Origin: an uncultured bacterium
GTDB lineage: Bacteria; Spirochaetota; UBA4802; UB4802
NCBI GenBank assembly: GCA_937920495.1
Contig: CALEUQ010000008.1
Location: forward strand, 6,086-70,085
Length of the DNA stretch: 64,000 nt
Direction: 5' to 3'
Made by a program: the position numbers and the translations under genes. Shown piece by piece: positions 39,666 through 49,399 of the stretch. The notes under the pieces were generated by a model. It was not told the DNA's origin. It worked only from the letters and a program-made list of their open reading frames with translations, and did no database searches. The first letter of the stretch is position 1; each line of letters starts with the position of its first letter.

Positions 39666-39700
39666 AAAATTAAGGGCAGTGATACGCACTGCCCTTTTAT
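39666..39700 (-). terminator. Rho-independent terminator downstream of lipoprotein gene
   Basis: AGGGCAGTG-ATACG-CACTGCCCT hairpin. The minus-strand reading is followed by AATTTTTG. Confidence 0.55.
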
Positions 39701-39727
39701 ATGATTATTTTACAATATGCTTTTAAA

Positions 39728-40948
39728 CTACATTTTCTGCACAAGCATCATTATCTTGTTTGGATAAGTTTCTTTTATCTCTATCTTAAAGCCAATGCTA
39801 TTGGCTTTGCCAACCAGTTCATCAGCCAGATCTGTTGTTTTTCCAGCAAACTCAACATCAATTTTGGATTGCTTACCAGCCTGGCCTCGTACATATACTT
39901 TTTGTATACCGCGAATCCTGTTTTGTAAAATATCCCTGAATTTTGTAAGGCCATTGTAGTCCAGCCCCACTATATTCAGTGTAATCATTCTATGCGTTGC
40001 TGCCAGCAAAAACTTTTTGGTAATCTGATTCATGAAAGGCCCTGATTTGAACTTTCCTGTTTCTTCATCAACATTGCCTAAAATCTTTACCAGTGCACGC
40101 TGAATAGCATTCTTTGATGCAGTTTCGTCGTCAATATGCGCTGCAGGCATGTTCACGCTTGTAGACGCCAGAATACTCCCGGTATACACATCAATAGCCT
40201 TTAAATTAAGGATAGCCTGTTTTGATTTCATGTTAGCAGAATATTGTTTCAACACCGCTGACTGGTCAGATGTCTTAACATCGCCTACAATAATACATTC
40301 AGCTCCAACATCATCCAGTAACAATTCCTGTACATTACCACCAACCTGTCCCTGCATGGCCTGCATCATCTTTGCTCTGTCTTTTTTAATCAACTGCTGA
40401 ACAGTGGCTGCATCCACAAATTCAAAACCAGCATTCTGCATAATTTCCATCATAGTTAGCTCCGTTACAGTAAAGCCAGGCTCTTTCTGTTGACCTTCAA
40501 ATGTTTCACGTACTAATATCATAAACTTTGGGCGGCCGTAATTTTTCAATGTGGCCTCAATGGTATCATTAACTGCCTGTGGATACACCTCCCCGTATAT
40601 GCGCACTGTATAGGCACCTTCCTGCGATCCTTCTTTAATAACCTTCCAGTTTCGTACCATACCGGTGGATTTTGCTTCAACAATTGATTCCACTAACGCA
40701 AAATCCTCTACAATAGCACGACCTTCCACCGTTGTACCCAGCTTCATTTTTACCAGTTTATTCATAGCATCATCAATGGCTCTGTCTCGTGCAAGTGCAA
40801 TGTCATTATCAAAAATTGCAGCAAAACCATCAGCTTCGCCGCACATCTCACACGTAGCTTGTGATGCTTTTTGCTGTGGTTTGGAACCGCCACAAGCAAC
40901 AAAAGAAATAATCACGACCAGTGTTATCCAGAAAACATGTCGTTTCAT
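39728..40948 (-). CDS. Lipoprotein with N-terminal LPP20/FlgP-like domain
   Basis: Signal peptide plus lipobox ('SFVACGG'). 'GFAAIFDNDIALARDRAIDDAMNKLV..LGTTVEGRAIVEDFALVESIVEAKSTGMVRNWKVIKEG..GAYTVRIYGEV' follows the LPP20/FlgP pattern. Confidence 0.45.
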   Translation of the reverse strand: MKRHVFWITLVVIISFVACGGSKPQQKASQATCEMCGEADGFAAIFDNDIALARDRAIDDAMNKLVKMKLGTTVEGRAIVEDFALVESIVEAKSTGMVRNWKVIKEGSQEGAYTVRIYGEVYPQAVNDTIEATLKNYGRPKFMILVRETFEGQQKEPGFTVTELTMMEIMQNAGFEFVDAATVQQLIKKDRAKMMQAMQGQVGGNVQELLLDDVGAECIIVGDVKTSDQSAVLKQYSANMKSKQAILNLKAIDVYTGSILASTSVNMPAAHIDDETASKNAIQRALVKILGNVDEETGKFKSGPFMNQITKKFLLAATHRMITLNIVGLDYNGLTKFRDILQNRIRGIQKVYVRGQAGKQSKIDVEFAGKTTDLADELVGKANSIGFKIEIKETYPNKIMMLVQKM

Positions 40949-41204
40949 AGTTCAACCTCGTATTATGTAATAGTTTATTATGTATAGAAATGTACAGAAT
41001 ATACATTACAATAATTCCAGAAGCAAGTCAAACTATTTTTAACAAATATAGGTAAAAGTTCTTCACAAGAATATCACTGGTTGCTAATCAATCATATATG
41101 ATTTACTATTTTATTTAAAATAATGTTGACAAGGATTTCAACTGTTAAAGTATTGTTGAATAGTGTATATGTGCAATCATTTTCAAGGGTAAGGAGGGTT
41201 ATAC

Positions 41205-43322
41205 ATGAGCCTTTCAAGTTTATATGACCTGCCTGTCGACCAGATTACAAGGGAATCATATTTTAACGTTGGTGGCATGCACGGTTTCATGAGATGGGGT
41301 GTATATATCTTTTTAGTTATCGCAGGTGTATATATTCTGTACAGCTTAATTCAGAGAGTGAGAATCTGGAGAAAGGGTAAACCGGAACTTAGAACCGATT
41401 TTCACGAAAAAAGAATCGTTGCGCTCCTTAAATATGTGTTTTTACAGAAGAAAGTGTTGCGGGAAAAATATGCAGGCATAATGCATGCCTCCCTGTTCTA
41501 TGGTTTTGTGGGATTGTTTATCGTAACATTCATCATACTGATTCAGGAAGACGTCACAGAGCTTTTCTTTCACTTCAAATTCTTAGTTGGTGATGCATAT
41601 CTTCTCTGGTCATTAGCTGGTGATGTATTTGGTGTTGCGGTTATCGTTGGACTGGTCATGGCATTCTGGCGTCGATACAAGGTAAAACCCAGCCGACTGG
41701 ATACCAAACCAATTGACACTTTTGCACTGGTGCTGATAGCGTTTATTATCCTTACAGGATTCTTAAACGAAGCATTAAGAATTGCAATTACAGGTTTCCC
41801 TGAATTTGAAGTATGGTCACCTGTAGGGTATACATTAGCGCATCTTTTTGGCTGGATAAGCATTTCCACACTGGAAGTAACCCATTATATTAACTGGTGG
41901 CTTCACATGCTTGGGGCATTCACTTTTATAGGGCTGATAGCAACTGACAAATTGGGCCATGTGCTTATAACCATGCTTAATGTATATTTCCAGAATCTTG
42001 ACAACGAAAGCCCAAAAACAAAGTTTGCAATGCCAATTATAAGCCCACAGGAATTTGAAACAGCAGAATCATTTGGCGTGGGGACTGTAGAGCATTTTAC
42101 CTGGAAACAGCTTATGGATGGTGATGCATGTACTCGCTGTGGCCGCTGTCAGGACAATTGCCCGGCATATTTAACTGAAAAGCCACTATCTCCCAAAAAG
42201 ATAGTCAATGATGTAAAAGCTGCAATGGATGACCGTATCCCAAAACTGCTTGTAGCTGAAGACCCTGCATCAGTTGAATCAAAAGCATTAATTGGCGAGT
42301 ATGTATTGGAAGATGAAATCTGGTCATGCACCAACTGTGCTGCGTGTATGGAAAACTGTCCTGTTCAGATTGAACATGTTCCAAAAATAAACGATATGCG
42401 CCGATATCAGGTGCTTATGGAAGGCAAGATGGCTCCTGAACTGCAGACTTCATTCAGCAACATGGAAAACAATTCCAATCCTTACGGATTTGCATTTGCA
42501 GCCCGTGGTGACTGGGTCACTGAAGATCTTGGCGTTAAGACATTAGCTGAAGATCCTGACATAGATTTTCTTTATTATGTTGGTTGTGCTGCATCGTATG
42601 ACAAACGTAACCAGAAAGTGGCGATAGCTCTCTGCAAGATACTGAAGGCTGCAGGATACAAAGTAGGCATCCTTGGTGCAGAAGAGGCGTGCTGCGGTGA
42701 TTCAGCAATGCGTGCAGGCAATGAATATCTGTTCCATTCACTTGCTACACAAAATCTTGAAACATTCAAAAATTATGGTGTAAAAAAGATTATCACCACC
42801 TGCCCGCATGGATACAACATGCTTAAGAAAGAATATCCAAAATTTGCCAAAGTTGGTGTTGATTCAAGCGGCAATCCACTAGAAGCCAATTATGAAGTTT
42901 ATCATCACACAGAGATTATCATGGATCTTATCAAATTAGGCAAGATCCGATTGTCCAAACCTCTTAATGAAACTATTACATATCATGATTCATGTTTCCT
43001 TGGTAGATATAACGAGATCTATGACCAGCCACGAAACATCATCAAAGCTATACCTGGTACCAATTTTGTTGAAATGAGCAGAAATCATGAACGAAGCTTC
43101 TGCTGCGGTGCTGGTGGTGCTCGCATGTGGATTGAAGAGCATTTGGGTACCCGTATTAATCAGTTCAGAACAAAAGATGCACAGGCTACAGGTGCTACAA
43201 AAATAGGAACTGCATGCCCATTCTGTTTGACCATGCTCTCTGATGGTGCCAATGAACTTGATATTCAGAATCTGCAGACATTTGACCTTGCAGAATATGT
43301 CTGGGAATCAATGGAAAAATAA
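41205..43322 (+). CDS. Membrane Fe-S oxidoreductase: NarI/HdrE/DsrM-like cytochrome-b membrane domain fused to HdrD/DsrK/GlpC-like 4Fe-4S + CCG domains
   Basis: Five or six N-terminal TM helices with conserved His. Two ferredoxin-type clusters 'CTRCGRCQDNCP', 'CTNCAACMENCP'. Two Cys-rich CCG motifs ('CCGDSA', 'CCGAGG'). Confidence 0.65.
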   Translation: MSLSSLYDLPVDQITRESYFNVGGMHGFMRWGVYIFLVIAGVYILYSLIQRVRIWRKGKPELRTDFHEKRIVALLKYVFLQKKVLREKYAGIMHASLFYGFVGLFIVTFIILIQEDVTELFFHFKFLVGDAYLLWSLAGDVFGVAVIVGLVMAFWRRYKVKPSRLDTKPIDTFALVLIAFIILTGFLNEALRIAITGFPEFEVWSPVGYTLAHLFGWISISTLEVTHYINWWLHMLGAFTFIGLIATDKLGHVLITMLNVYFQNLDNESPKTKFAMPIISPQEFETAESFGVGTVEHFTWKQLMDGDACTRCGRCQDNCPAYLTEKPLSPKKIVNDVKAAMDDRIPKLLVAEDPASVESKALIGEYVLEDEIWSCTNCAACMENCPVQIEHVPKINDMRRYQVLMEGKMAPELQTSFSNMENNSNPYGFAFAARGDWVTEDLGVKTLAEDPDIDFLYYVGCAASYDKRNQKVAIALCKILKAAGYKVGILGAEEACCGDSAMRAGNEYLFHSLATQNLETFKNYGVKKIITTCPHGYNMLKKEYPKFAKVGVDSSGNPLEANYEVYHHTEIIMDLIKLGKIRLSKPLNETITYHDSCFLGRYNEIYDQPRNIIKAIPGTNFVEMSRNHERSFCCGAGGARMWIEEHLGTRINQFRTKDAQATGATKIGTACPFCLTMLSDGANELDIQNLQTFDLAEYVWESMEK

Positions 43323-43335
43323 TACTAAACCAAAA

Positions 43336-43366
43336 GGCGTCGCACCAGTAGCGACGCCTTTTTTAT
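43336..43366. terminator. Bidirectional Rho-independent terminator
   Basis: GGCGTCGC-ACCAGTA-GCGACGCC hairpin followed by TTTTTTATTT and preceded by an A-rich run. It lies between convergent genes. Confidence 0.75.
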
Positions 43367-43891
43367 TTAATCTATCCTCTTAAACGTCTGTGGGTATTGA
43401 TAGGTCAAATCAACATACACCTGTTTGCCGGCATTCCATATATCTATATGTTTCTGTACTACATCACCTATCTCTTTTGCAGGCACACCGCCGTATACCT
43501 TGTAACCAGGGATTTTTTGTTTGTTTACCACCAAAGCATGTTCAGCAATAATTGCCCATTCTCCTATCTCAGCATTATCACTTATTGTTGCATGCATACC
43601 AATAACTGCATTGTCCATGATTGTGGAACCATGTATCATCACCATATGGCCAACCGTTACACGATTCCCAATCTGTACCAGCTGCATTGGGCGGGCATGA
43701 ATCATACATCCCTCCTCAATTGCTGATTCATCACCAATGACTATCGTACCATAATCTCCTCGTATAATTGCACCAAAACCTATATAGCAGCGTTTGCCAA
43801 TCCTCACATCACCAATAATCTCTGCTGATGGCGCTATCCATGTTCCGTCACCTATTACCGGCTTCCTCCCATTAATTTCATACAGTGGCAT
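43367..43891 (-). CDS. Gamma-class carbonic anhydrase family / hexapeptide-repeat protein (PaaY/CaiE-like)
   Basis: Left-handed beta-helix repeats 'IGDVRIGKRCYIGFGAIIRGDYGTIVIGDESAIEEGCMIHA'. Start at the internal Met (MPLYEING), preceded by GGGAGG. The longer listed ORF overlaps the M50 gene. Confidence 0.6.
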   Translation of the reverse strand: MPLYEINGRKPVIGDGTWIAPSAEIIGDVRIGKRCYIGFGAIIRGDYGTIVIGDESAIEEGCMIHARPMQLVQIGNRVTVGHMVMIHGSTIMDNAVIGMHATISDNAEIGEWAIIAEHALVVNKQKIPGYKVYGGVPAKEIGDVVQKHIDIWNAGKQVYVDLTYQYPQTFKRID

Positions 43892-43913
43892 ATTAACCTC
43901 CCTTAAAATATAT

Positions 43914-44855
43914 TTATTGACCAAGAATGCTTACCGGTACCGGTATAAATGTAAGAAAAAAGATCACAATGCACACATATCCAATGCATCGTTCCCACCT
44001 ATTCAGTGGCATGCCATCAGGGATGTACGGGTGCCCTATCATAAGCAATGTAAGCGTAAGGATTATCCATACTGCCCATCCTGGCCACAGTACCGCAAGA
44101 AAGAATAATACTATAAAAAAAACCCAGCCTGTATACCGTTGTTTTTCACCAAACAATGCATAGATAATATGGCTGCCATCAAGCTGGCCAATAGGCATAA
44201 GGTTTAAATTGGTAACCAGAAAACCAATCCACCCGGCCCATGCAAGTGGCGAAAGATGCACATCGCTACCAGTAGGGATGGTACCATGAATGCATCGTGT
44301 CAATATATAATACAGCAATGAATCGCCAAATACAGGAACGATTGTATCTCCGGTAGGTTGTGGAAGTGGCTGTACCGTAGACTGATGTAGCCCTACAAGG
44401 GTTACCACACAGCTTACTATAAAACCAGCTATCGGCCCCATTGCTCCTATATAAAGCAACGCACGTTTATCCGGAATTGGTGATTTAATGCGTATAACAG
44501 CCCCCATGGTGCCAACAATAGATGGAAAAGGGATAAAATATGGCGGTGTTGCAATGACATTAAAATAGCGTGCAGCTATATAATGCCCCATTTCATGAGC
44601 CATTAAAATTCCTAAAAGTGAAATTGAAAACGGCAGGCCATTAATTATTATTTCAAGAAGTGTATCCCCGCCACTGGAGCCCGCAATTGATGTTGTTAAA
44701 AATGTTGTAACAAAGAGAATAGTTATAACACCCCATTGTGGTTTATAATCAGGTTCAAAGCGGGGAACCACCACCCTTCGTTCCATATTAAGCGCTTCAA
44801 GATAGCGTACCAGCAATAATCGGATCCTTACTATCAATGGTAATTTTATATTCAT
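43914..44855 (-). CDS. M50-family (site-2-protease-like) intramembrane metalloprotease
   Basis: Polytopic. 'LMAHEMGHYIAARYF' is the HExxH. Start codon uncertain. Confidence 0.6.
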   Translation of the reverse strand: MNIKLPLIVRIRLLLVRYLEALNMERRVVVPRFEPDYKPQWGVITILFVTTFLTTSIAGSSGGDTLLEIIINGLPFSISLLGILMAHEMGHYIAARYFNVIATPPYFIPFPSIVGTMGAVIRIKSPIPDKRALLYIGAMGPIAGFIVSCVVTLVGLHQSTVQPLPQPTGDTIVPVFGDSLLYYILTRCIHGTIPTGSDVHLSPLAWAGWIGFLVTNLNLMPIGQLDGSHIIYALFGEKQRYTGWVFFIVLFFLAVLWPGWAVWIILTLTLLMIGHPYIPDGMPLNRWERCIGYVCIVIFFLTFIPVPVSILGQ

Positions 44856-44857
44856 AA

Positions 44858-46999
44858 CTAATTATTCAACACTATCAGAGCATCAATAACCACAGGCCTT
44901 GTTCCACTGATAATTACCGGGTTGCAATCTATTTCAGATATTTCGGGATGCAGTAATGGTATAGTACTTAAAATGTACAGCAGATTTGCTAATGAAGCTC
45001 TATCAACCGCATCTTCATTCCTGAATTTGCCTAAAAGGATTCTGGCTTTAATATCTTCAAGCATTTCCAGTGCATCCCGTTTAGATAGCGGAGCAACCCT
45101 AAAAGTAATATCCTTTATTGCTTCCGTGAAGATTCCGCCCAATCCAAACAGAACCGCTTTTCCAAATCCTTGCTGACTTATTGCCCCTGCCATAAATTCC
45201 CGCTTACCTTCTATCATAGGGTAAACAAGAACCGGTGTTGCAAAACCTGCACGCTTTTGTATTTGTGAAAATGCATTTTTTGCTTCTGTACTATCCTTAA
45301 CAGGTAGTATAACCAGCCCCTTTTCAGTTTTATGCATTATATCAGGATGACAGGCTTTCATTACCACAGGATATTTGAATGAACCAGCAACAGAAGATAG
45401 TTCCTGTTCAGATGTAATAAGTGTTTCATCTGGAATCGGAATACCGTATAAGGCTAACAGTTTTTTTGCCGAATATTCATCCAATGCCTTTTGCTTGTGT
45501 GCCAGAGCATTCTGTATCATCAGCGTAGCTTCAGGATTAACCGGTGGCAGGGAAACCTTTTCATAAGGGAGCCTTTGTGTTACTTCTTTATATCGCAATA
45601 GTACCGCCAATCCTTTTGCTGCTTTTTCAGGCGAATCAAATACCGGTATACCTTTGTCCTGCATCGCAATGGTAAAATCATCCTGATAATCAAAAAACGA
45701 AGACATAACCAGCGGAATCCCATACTTATAGGGGATAGTGCCTGGAGTATCTAAGTCACTTGGCAAAAATCCAAGAACATCTTCAGGCTTCTGTAGATTT
45801 AATATCTGCTGCACATGAGGGAATATACATTCTATAAAACCTTTGCGAAATGCACCATGAATACACAGAGCATCTATCTCCCCACTCTGAATTGCAATCT
45901 CCGGTATTTTAATTGTCAATACATCCAGATCCAGATTGAACGTAATATCTACAGGATTTCCTGCCGGTGCATGAGGTGGTATCAAGGGTTTTATTTTTTC
46001 CTGCAACTGCTGGCTAAATGGGGGCACCGTAAATCCTTCTTTTTCACAGGTATTGGCCATTGATGTTCCCGGACCGCCTGAATTTGTGATAATGCCAACA
46101 CGATTGCCTTTGAGCCGTGGCTGAGTTGCAAGCACCTGCCCATGCATATACAGCTCCTCAACAGAATACACCCTGATTATGCCTGCCTGCTTAAATAGCC
46201 CTTCATACAGATAATCAGGACCCGCCATTGCACCGGTATGGCTTGATCCAGCCCGTGCACCAGCGCTGGATCCACCAACATATTGAGCAATTACTGGCTT
46301 TTTAGGCGTGATACTTGAAGCTACCTCAAGAAAACGGGGCACATCCCGTATACCTTCTATATACAGTGAAATTGCTTTTGTCTGTTCGTCATTACCAAGG
46401 TATTCCAGTGCATCGATAATGGAAATATCAGCTTCATTGCCAACACTCAGCGCCTTACTGAAACGTACACCATGGTGTTGCAGGTACATGATTGATTGTG
46501 TAATGTATGTCCCACTTTGAGAAGCAAATCCCAATGAACCGGGTTTTGCGGTATATGCCATGACTGTTGTATTCAAAGATATCTCTGAATTAATTAAGCC
46601 CATACAATTGGGCCCTAAAAAGCGAATACCATACTTTGTTGCAATTGCTTTCACTTCTTCTTCAAGCTTTCTACCCTCTTCACCAACCTCCTTAAAACCG
46701 GCACTTATAATGATAGCCCGTTTTGTGCCAATTGTGCCAAATGCATCAAGCGTTGCAGGAATTCCTGAAGCGGGAATAACAAATATGGCACAATCAGGAG
46801 CCTGTGGCAAATCCAGCGGACTTTTGTATGCTTTTAAACCAAATACCACGTCCTCCTTAGGATGCACTGGAAATATTTTTCCTGTATAGCCATCCTTCAT
46901 AATACTTAAAAGGTGCATGGTAGCCATTTTTAAGGGATTATTACTGGCCCCAACGATAGCTATTGATGATGGATTAATAAGCTTTTCAAGCGGACCCAT
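44858..46999 (-). CDS. ADP-forming acetyl-CoA synthetase / NDP-forming acyl-CoA synthetase (fused alpha-beta)
   Basis: N-terminal CoA-binding 'IAIVGASNNP...', succinyl-CoA-synthetase-like ligase-CoA domain with His loop ('GSSHTGAMAG'), C-terminal ATP-grasp. Confidence 0.75.
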   Translation of the reverse strand: MGPLEKLINPSSIAIVGASNNPLKMATMHLLSIMKDGYTGKIFPVHPKEDVVFGLKAYKSPLDLPQAPDCAIFVIPASGIPATLDAFGTIGTKRAIIISAGFKEVGEEGRKLEEEVKAIATKYGIRFLGPNCMGLINSEISLNTTVMAYTAKPGSLGFASQSGTYITQSIMYLQHHGVRFSKALSVGNEADISIIDALEYLGNDEQTKAISLYIEGIRDVPRFLEVASSITPKKPVIAQYVGGSSAGARAGSSHTGAMAGPDYLYEGLFKQAGIIRVYSVEELYMHGQVLATQPRLKGNRVGIITNSGGPGTSMANTCEKEGFTVPPFSQQLQEKIKPLIPPHAPAGNPVDITFNLDLDVLTIKIPEIAIQSGEIDALCIHGAFRKGFIECIFPHVQQILNLQKPEDVLGFLPSDLDTPGTIPYKYGIPLVMSSFFDYQDDFTIAMQDKGIPVFDSPEKAAKGLAVLLRYKEVTQRLPYEKVSLPPVNPEATLMIQNALAHKQKALDEYSAKKLLALYGIPIPDETLITSEQELSSVAGSFKYPVVMKACHPDIMHKTEKGLVILPVKDSTEAKNAFSQIQKRAGFATPVLVYPMIEGKREFMAGAISQQGFGKAVLFGLGGIFTEAIKDITFRVAPLSKRDALEMLEDIKARILLGKFRNEDAVDRASLANLLYILSTIPLLHPEISEIDCNPVIISGTRPVVIDALIVLNN

Positions 47000-47332
47000 A
47001 GAGCCACCTCACAATTTTTTTGCATTACTACATACCATACATATTTTGCAATATAAAAATGAATGACTGTTATACATTTTTTTGTTAACTTCATATACAA
47101 CAAAAGGATTTTTTTATTGTAACAATTGTGAAGAGCTATCGCCACATTTACAACCAGTACATCATTTCTCTAAGTGGTCAAGATCTACTTTTTATTATGT
47201 ATGCACATACTCTAAATAATAATTTATGTTGCATTTGCCTTCAAAATCATACTATACTGCACAAATAACTTGACGAACAGTAACCCCAATTTAGGGAGAG
47301 AGTAGATTTAATCTTATATTACAGGAGGCTTT

Positions 47333-48097
47333 ATGAGTAAACTAACATTTGATTTAAGCGGAAAGATAGCGATAGTAACCGGTGCAAGCAGGGGTATTGG
47401 TCAGGCAATAGCACACACGCTGGCAAGCCATGGTGCCGTGGTGTACTGCACATCCCGGAAAATTGATGATCTAAAAAAAGTACAACAGGATATTGAATCC
47501 CGGGGTGGTAAAGCACATGCAGTTGCCTGTCACATCGGTAAATTAGAAGATATACAGAATTTATTTACAATTGTGGAAGAACAATACGGAAAGCTTGATA
47601 TATTGGTTAATAATGCCGCAACCAATCCATTTTTTGGTGATGTACTCCATGCAACGCCGGATGCATGGGACAAAACAGTTGATGTAAACCTCAAGGGATA
47701 TTTTTTTGCAAGCCAGTATGCCGCCAACCTCATGATAAAAGGAGGTGGTGGTTCCATTGTCAATGTTGCCTCTATTAATGGAATACGCCCCGCACCCTTT
47801 CAGGGTATATACTCTATTACAAAAGCAGGTGTCATAGCCATGACAAAATCATTTGCAAAGGAACTTGCACCATTTAATGTTCGTGTCAATGCTATCCTGC
47901 CAGGCCTCACCGAAACAAAATTTTCATCGGTCATGACACAAAATCAGGAAATTTTAAACATGATTCTGCCGACAATACCTATGAAGCGCGTCGCTTACCC
48001 TCATGAAATGGCAGGAGCCGTATTATACCTTGTGTCTGATGCCGCAAGCTACACTACAGGTTCTACCATAGTCATTGATGGAGGAGCGCTGGCGTAA
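47333..48097 (+). CDS. Short-chain dehydrogenase/reductase (FabG-like)
   Basis: 'KIAIVTGASRGIGQAIA', 'NNAA', catalytic 'YSITKAG'. Confidence 0.75.
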   Translation: MSKLTFDLSGKIAIVTGASRGIGQAIAHTLASHGAVVYCTSRKIDDLKKVQQDIESRGGKAHAVACHIGKLEDIQNLFTIVEEQYGKLDILVNNAATNPFFGDVLHATPDAWDKTVDVNLKGYFFASQYAANLMIKGGGGSIVNVASINGIRPAPFQGIYSITKAGVIAMTKSFAKELAPFNVRVNAILPGLTETKFSSVMTQNQEILNMILPTIPMKRVAYPHEMAGAVLYLVSDAASYTTGSTIVIDGGALA

Positions 48098-48121
48098 ATC
48101 TTATTACAATGAAAAAGAAAG

Positions 48122-49399
48122 GTGAACATGGCAATTGCAACCATGAATAGTGAAAGTGACACCATCTCTTTTGATAAGATGAAAACTCAGATTAACAGTG
48201 CGCTTGATGAACTTTTGATTAAAAACATCACCTTTGTCAGCGATCCTTATATAGGATTTGAAAAGGGCTTCACACGAATCAGCGTATCAATCCCGGAGCT
48301 ATCGCCTGCACTTATAATACAGTGTCTGGGTATTATAAAAGACCATTTAGAACATATACGCATACACGCATTTTCGGATGGCTATTATGCAGTGCAGGCG
48401 TTAAATAAAAATCTTTTTAAAACAGAGAATATCTTTGATAATCTTAAAATAGAATTTTCAGGGCTTACTACCAATTTTAAAATCGAGTGCACAAAAAAAG
48501 GAAACCTTTCGCAGGAGGAAATTAATTGCATCATTGCTCTGATTCAACGAGCGTATGCACAGGCAAAAGAAAATCCTGTAACACGGCTTCTAAAATATGG
48601 AGCATCAGTGTATACCGATGCGGGAGGGCTTGACTGGAATTATATCGCAGGCTACGAAGAAGTGAAACGAACCATACGCGAATCCATAATACTGCCACTC
48701 AAAAATCCAAAGGTGTACGACAGGATTGCAGAAATCACCCGTAAGACCTTTGAGACCAACAGGCCACGGGCAATACTCTTTGAAGGCCCTCCTGGCGTGG
48801 GAAAAACCACCATAGCACGAATCATAGCAAAGGAAGTTCAGGTACCATTGGTATATGTTCCCGTGGAATCAATAATGTCAAAATGGTATGGACAATCATC
48901 CCAAAATTTAGCTGCAATCTTTGATGCATGTGATGACATAGGGGGATCCATTTTATTCATTGATGAAATTGATTCACTGGCAGGTTCGCGCGATCAGAAT
49001 ATGTATGAGGCAACTCGCCGTATTTTATCGGTGCTTCTGCGCAGGCTTGACGGTATAGGAGCTATCACCAATACTATAGTGATTGGGGCCACAAACCGCA
49101 AGCAGGATCTTGACCATGCTCTTATTTCACGCTTTGACCAGACTATCCATTTTCCCTTACCCGGAGAGCAGGAGCGTGCAAGCATCTTTGCAAATTACGC
49201 ACAACATCTTGCACCCGAAGAGCTTGGTAAACTTGCGGCAGCAAGCCACGGCCTTTCAGGTAGAACAATTAAGGACCTGTGTGAACAAACCGAACGCAGA
49301 TGGGCACGAAAGCTTATTATAAAAGATCTACCGCCATCATGCCCCCCATTTGAATATTACTATCACACTGTCAAAAGTTTTATTGCCTCACAGGGATAG
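48122..49399 (+). CDS. AAA+ ATPase with about 200-aa unknown N-terminal domain
   Basis: Walker A 'GPPGVGKTT', Walker B 'ILFIDEIDSL', sensor/Arg-finger 'ISRFDQTIHFPLP'. The start may be ATG 48128. Confidence 0.6.
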   Translation: MNMAIATMNSESDTISFDKMKTQINSALDELLIKNITFVSDPYIGFEKGFTRISVSIPELSPALIIQCLGIIKDHLEHIRIHAFSDGYYAVQALNKNLFKTENIFDNLKIEFSGLTTNFKIECTKKGNLSQEEINCIIALIQRAYAQAKENPVTRLLKYGASVYTDAGGLDWNYIAGYEEVKRTIRESIILPLKNPKVYDRIAEITRKTFETNRPRAILFEGPPGVGKTTIARIIAKEVQVPLVYVPVESIMSKWYGQSSQNLAAIFDACDDIGGSILFIDEIDSLAGSRDQNMYEATRRILSVLLRRLDGIGAITNTIVIGATNRKQDLDHALISRFDQTIHFPLPGEQERASIFANYAQHLAPEELGKLAAASHGLSGRTIKDLCEQTERRWARKLIIKDLPPSCPPFEYYYHTVKSFIASQG

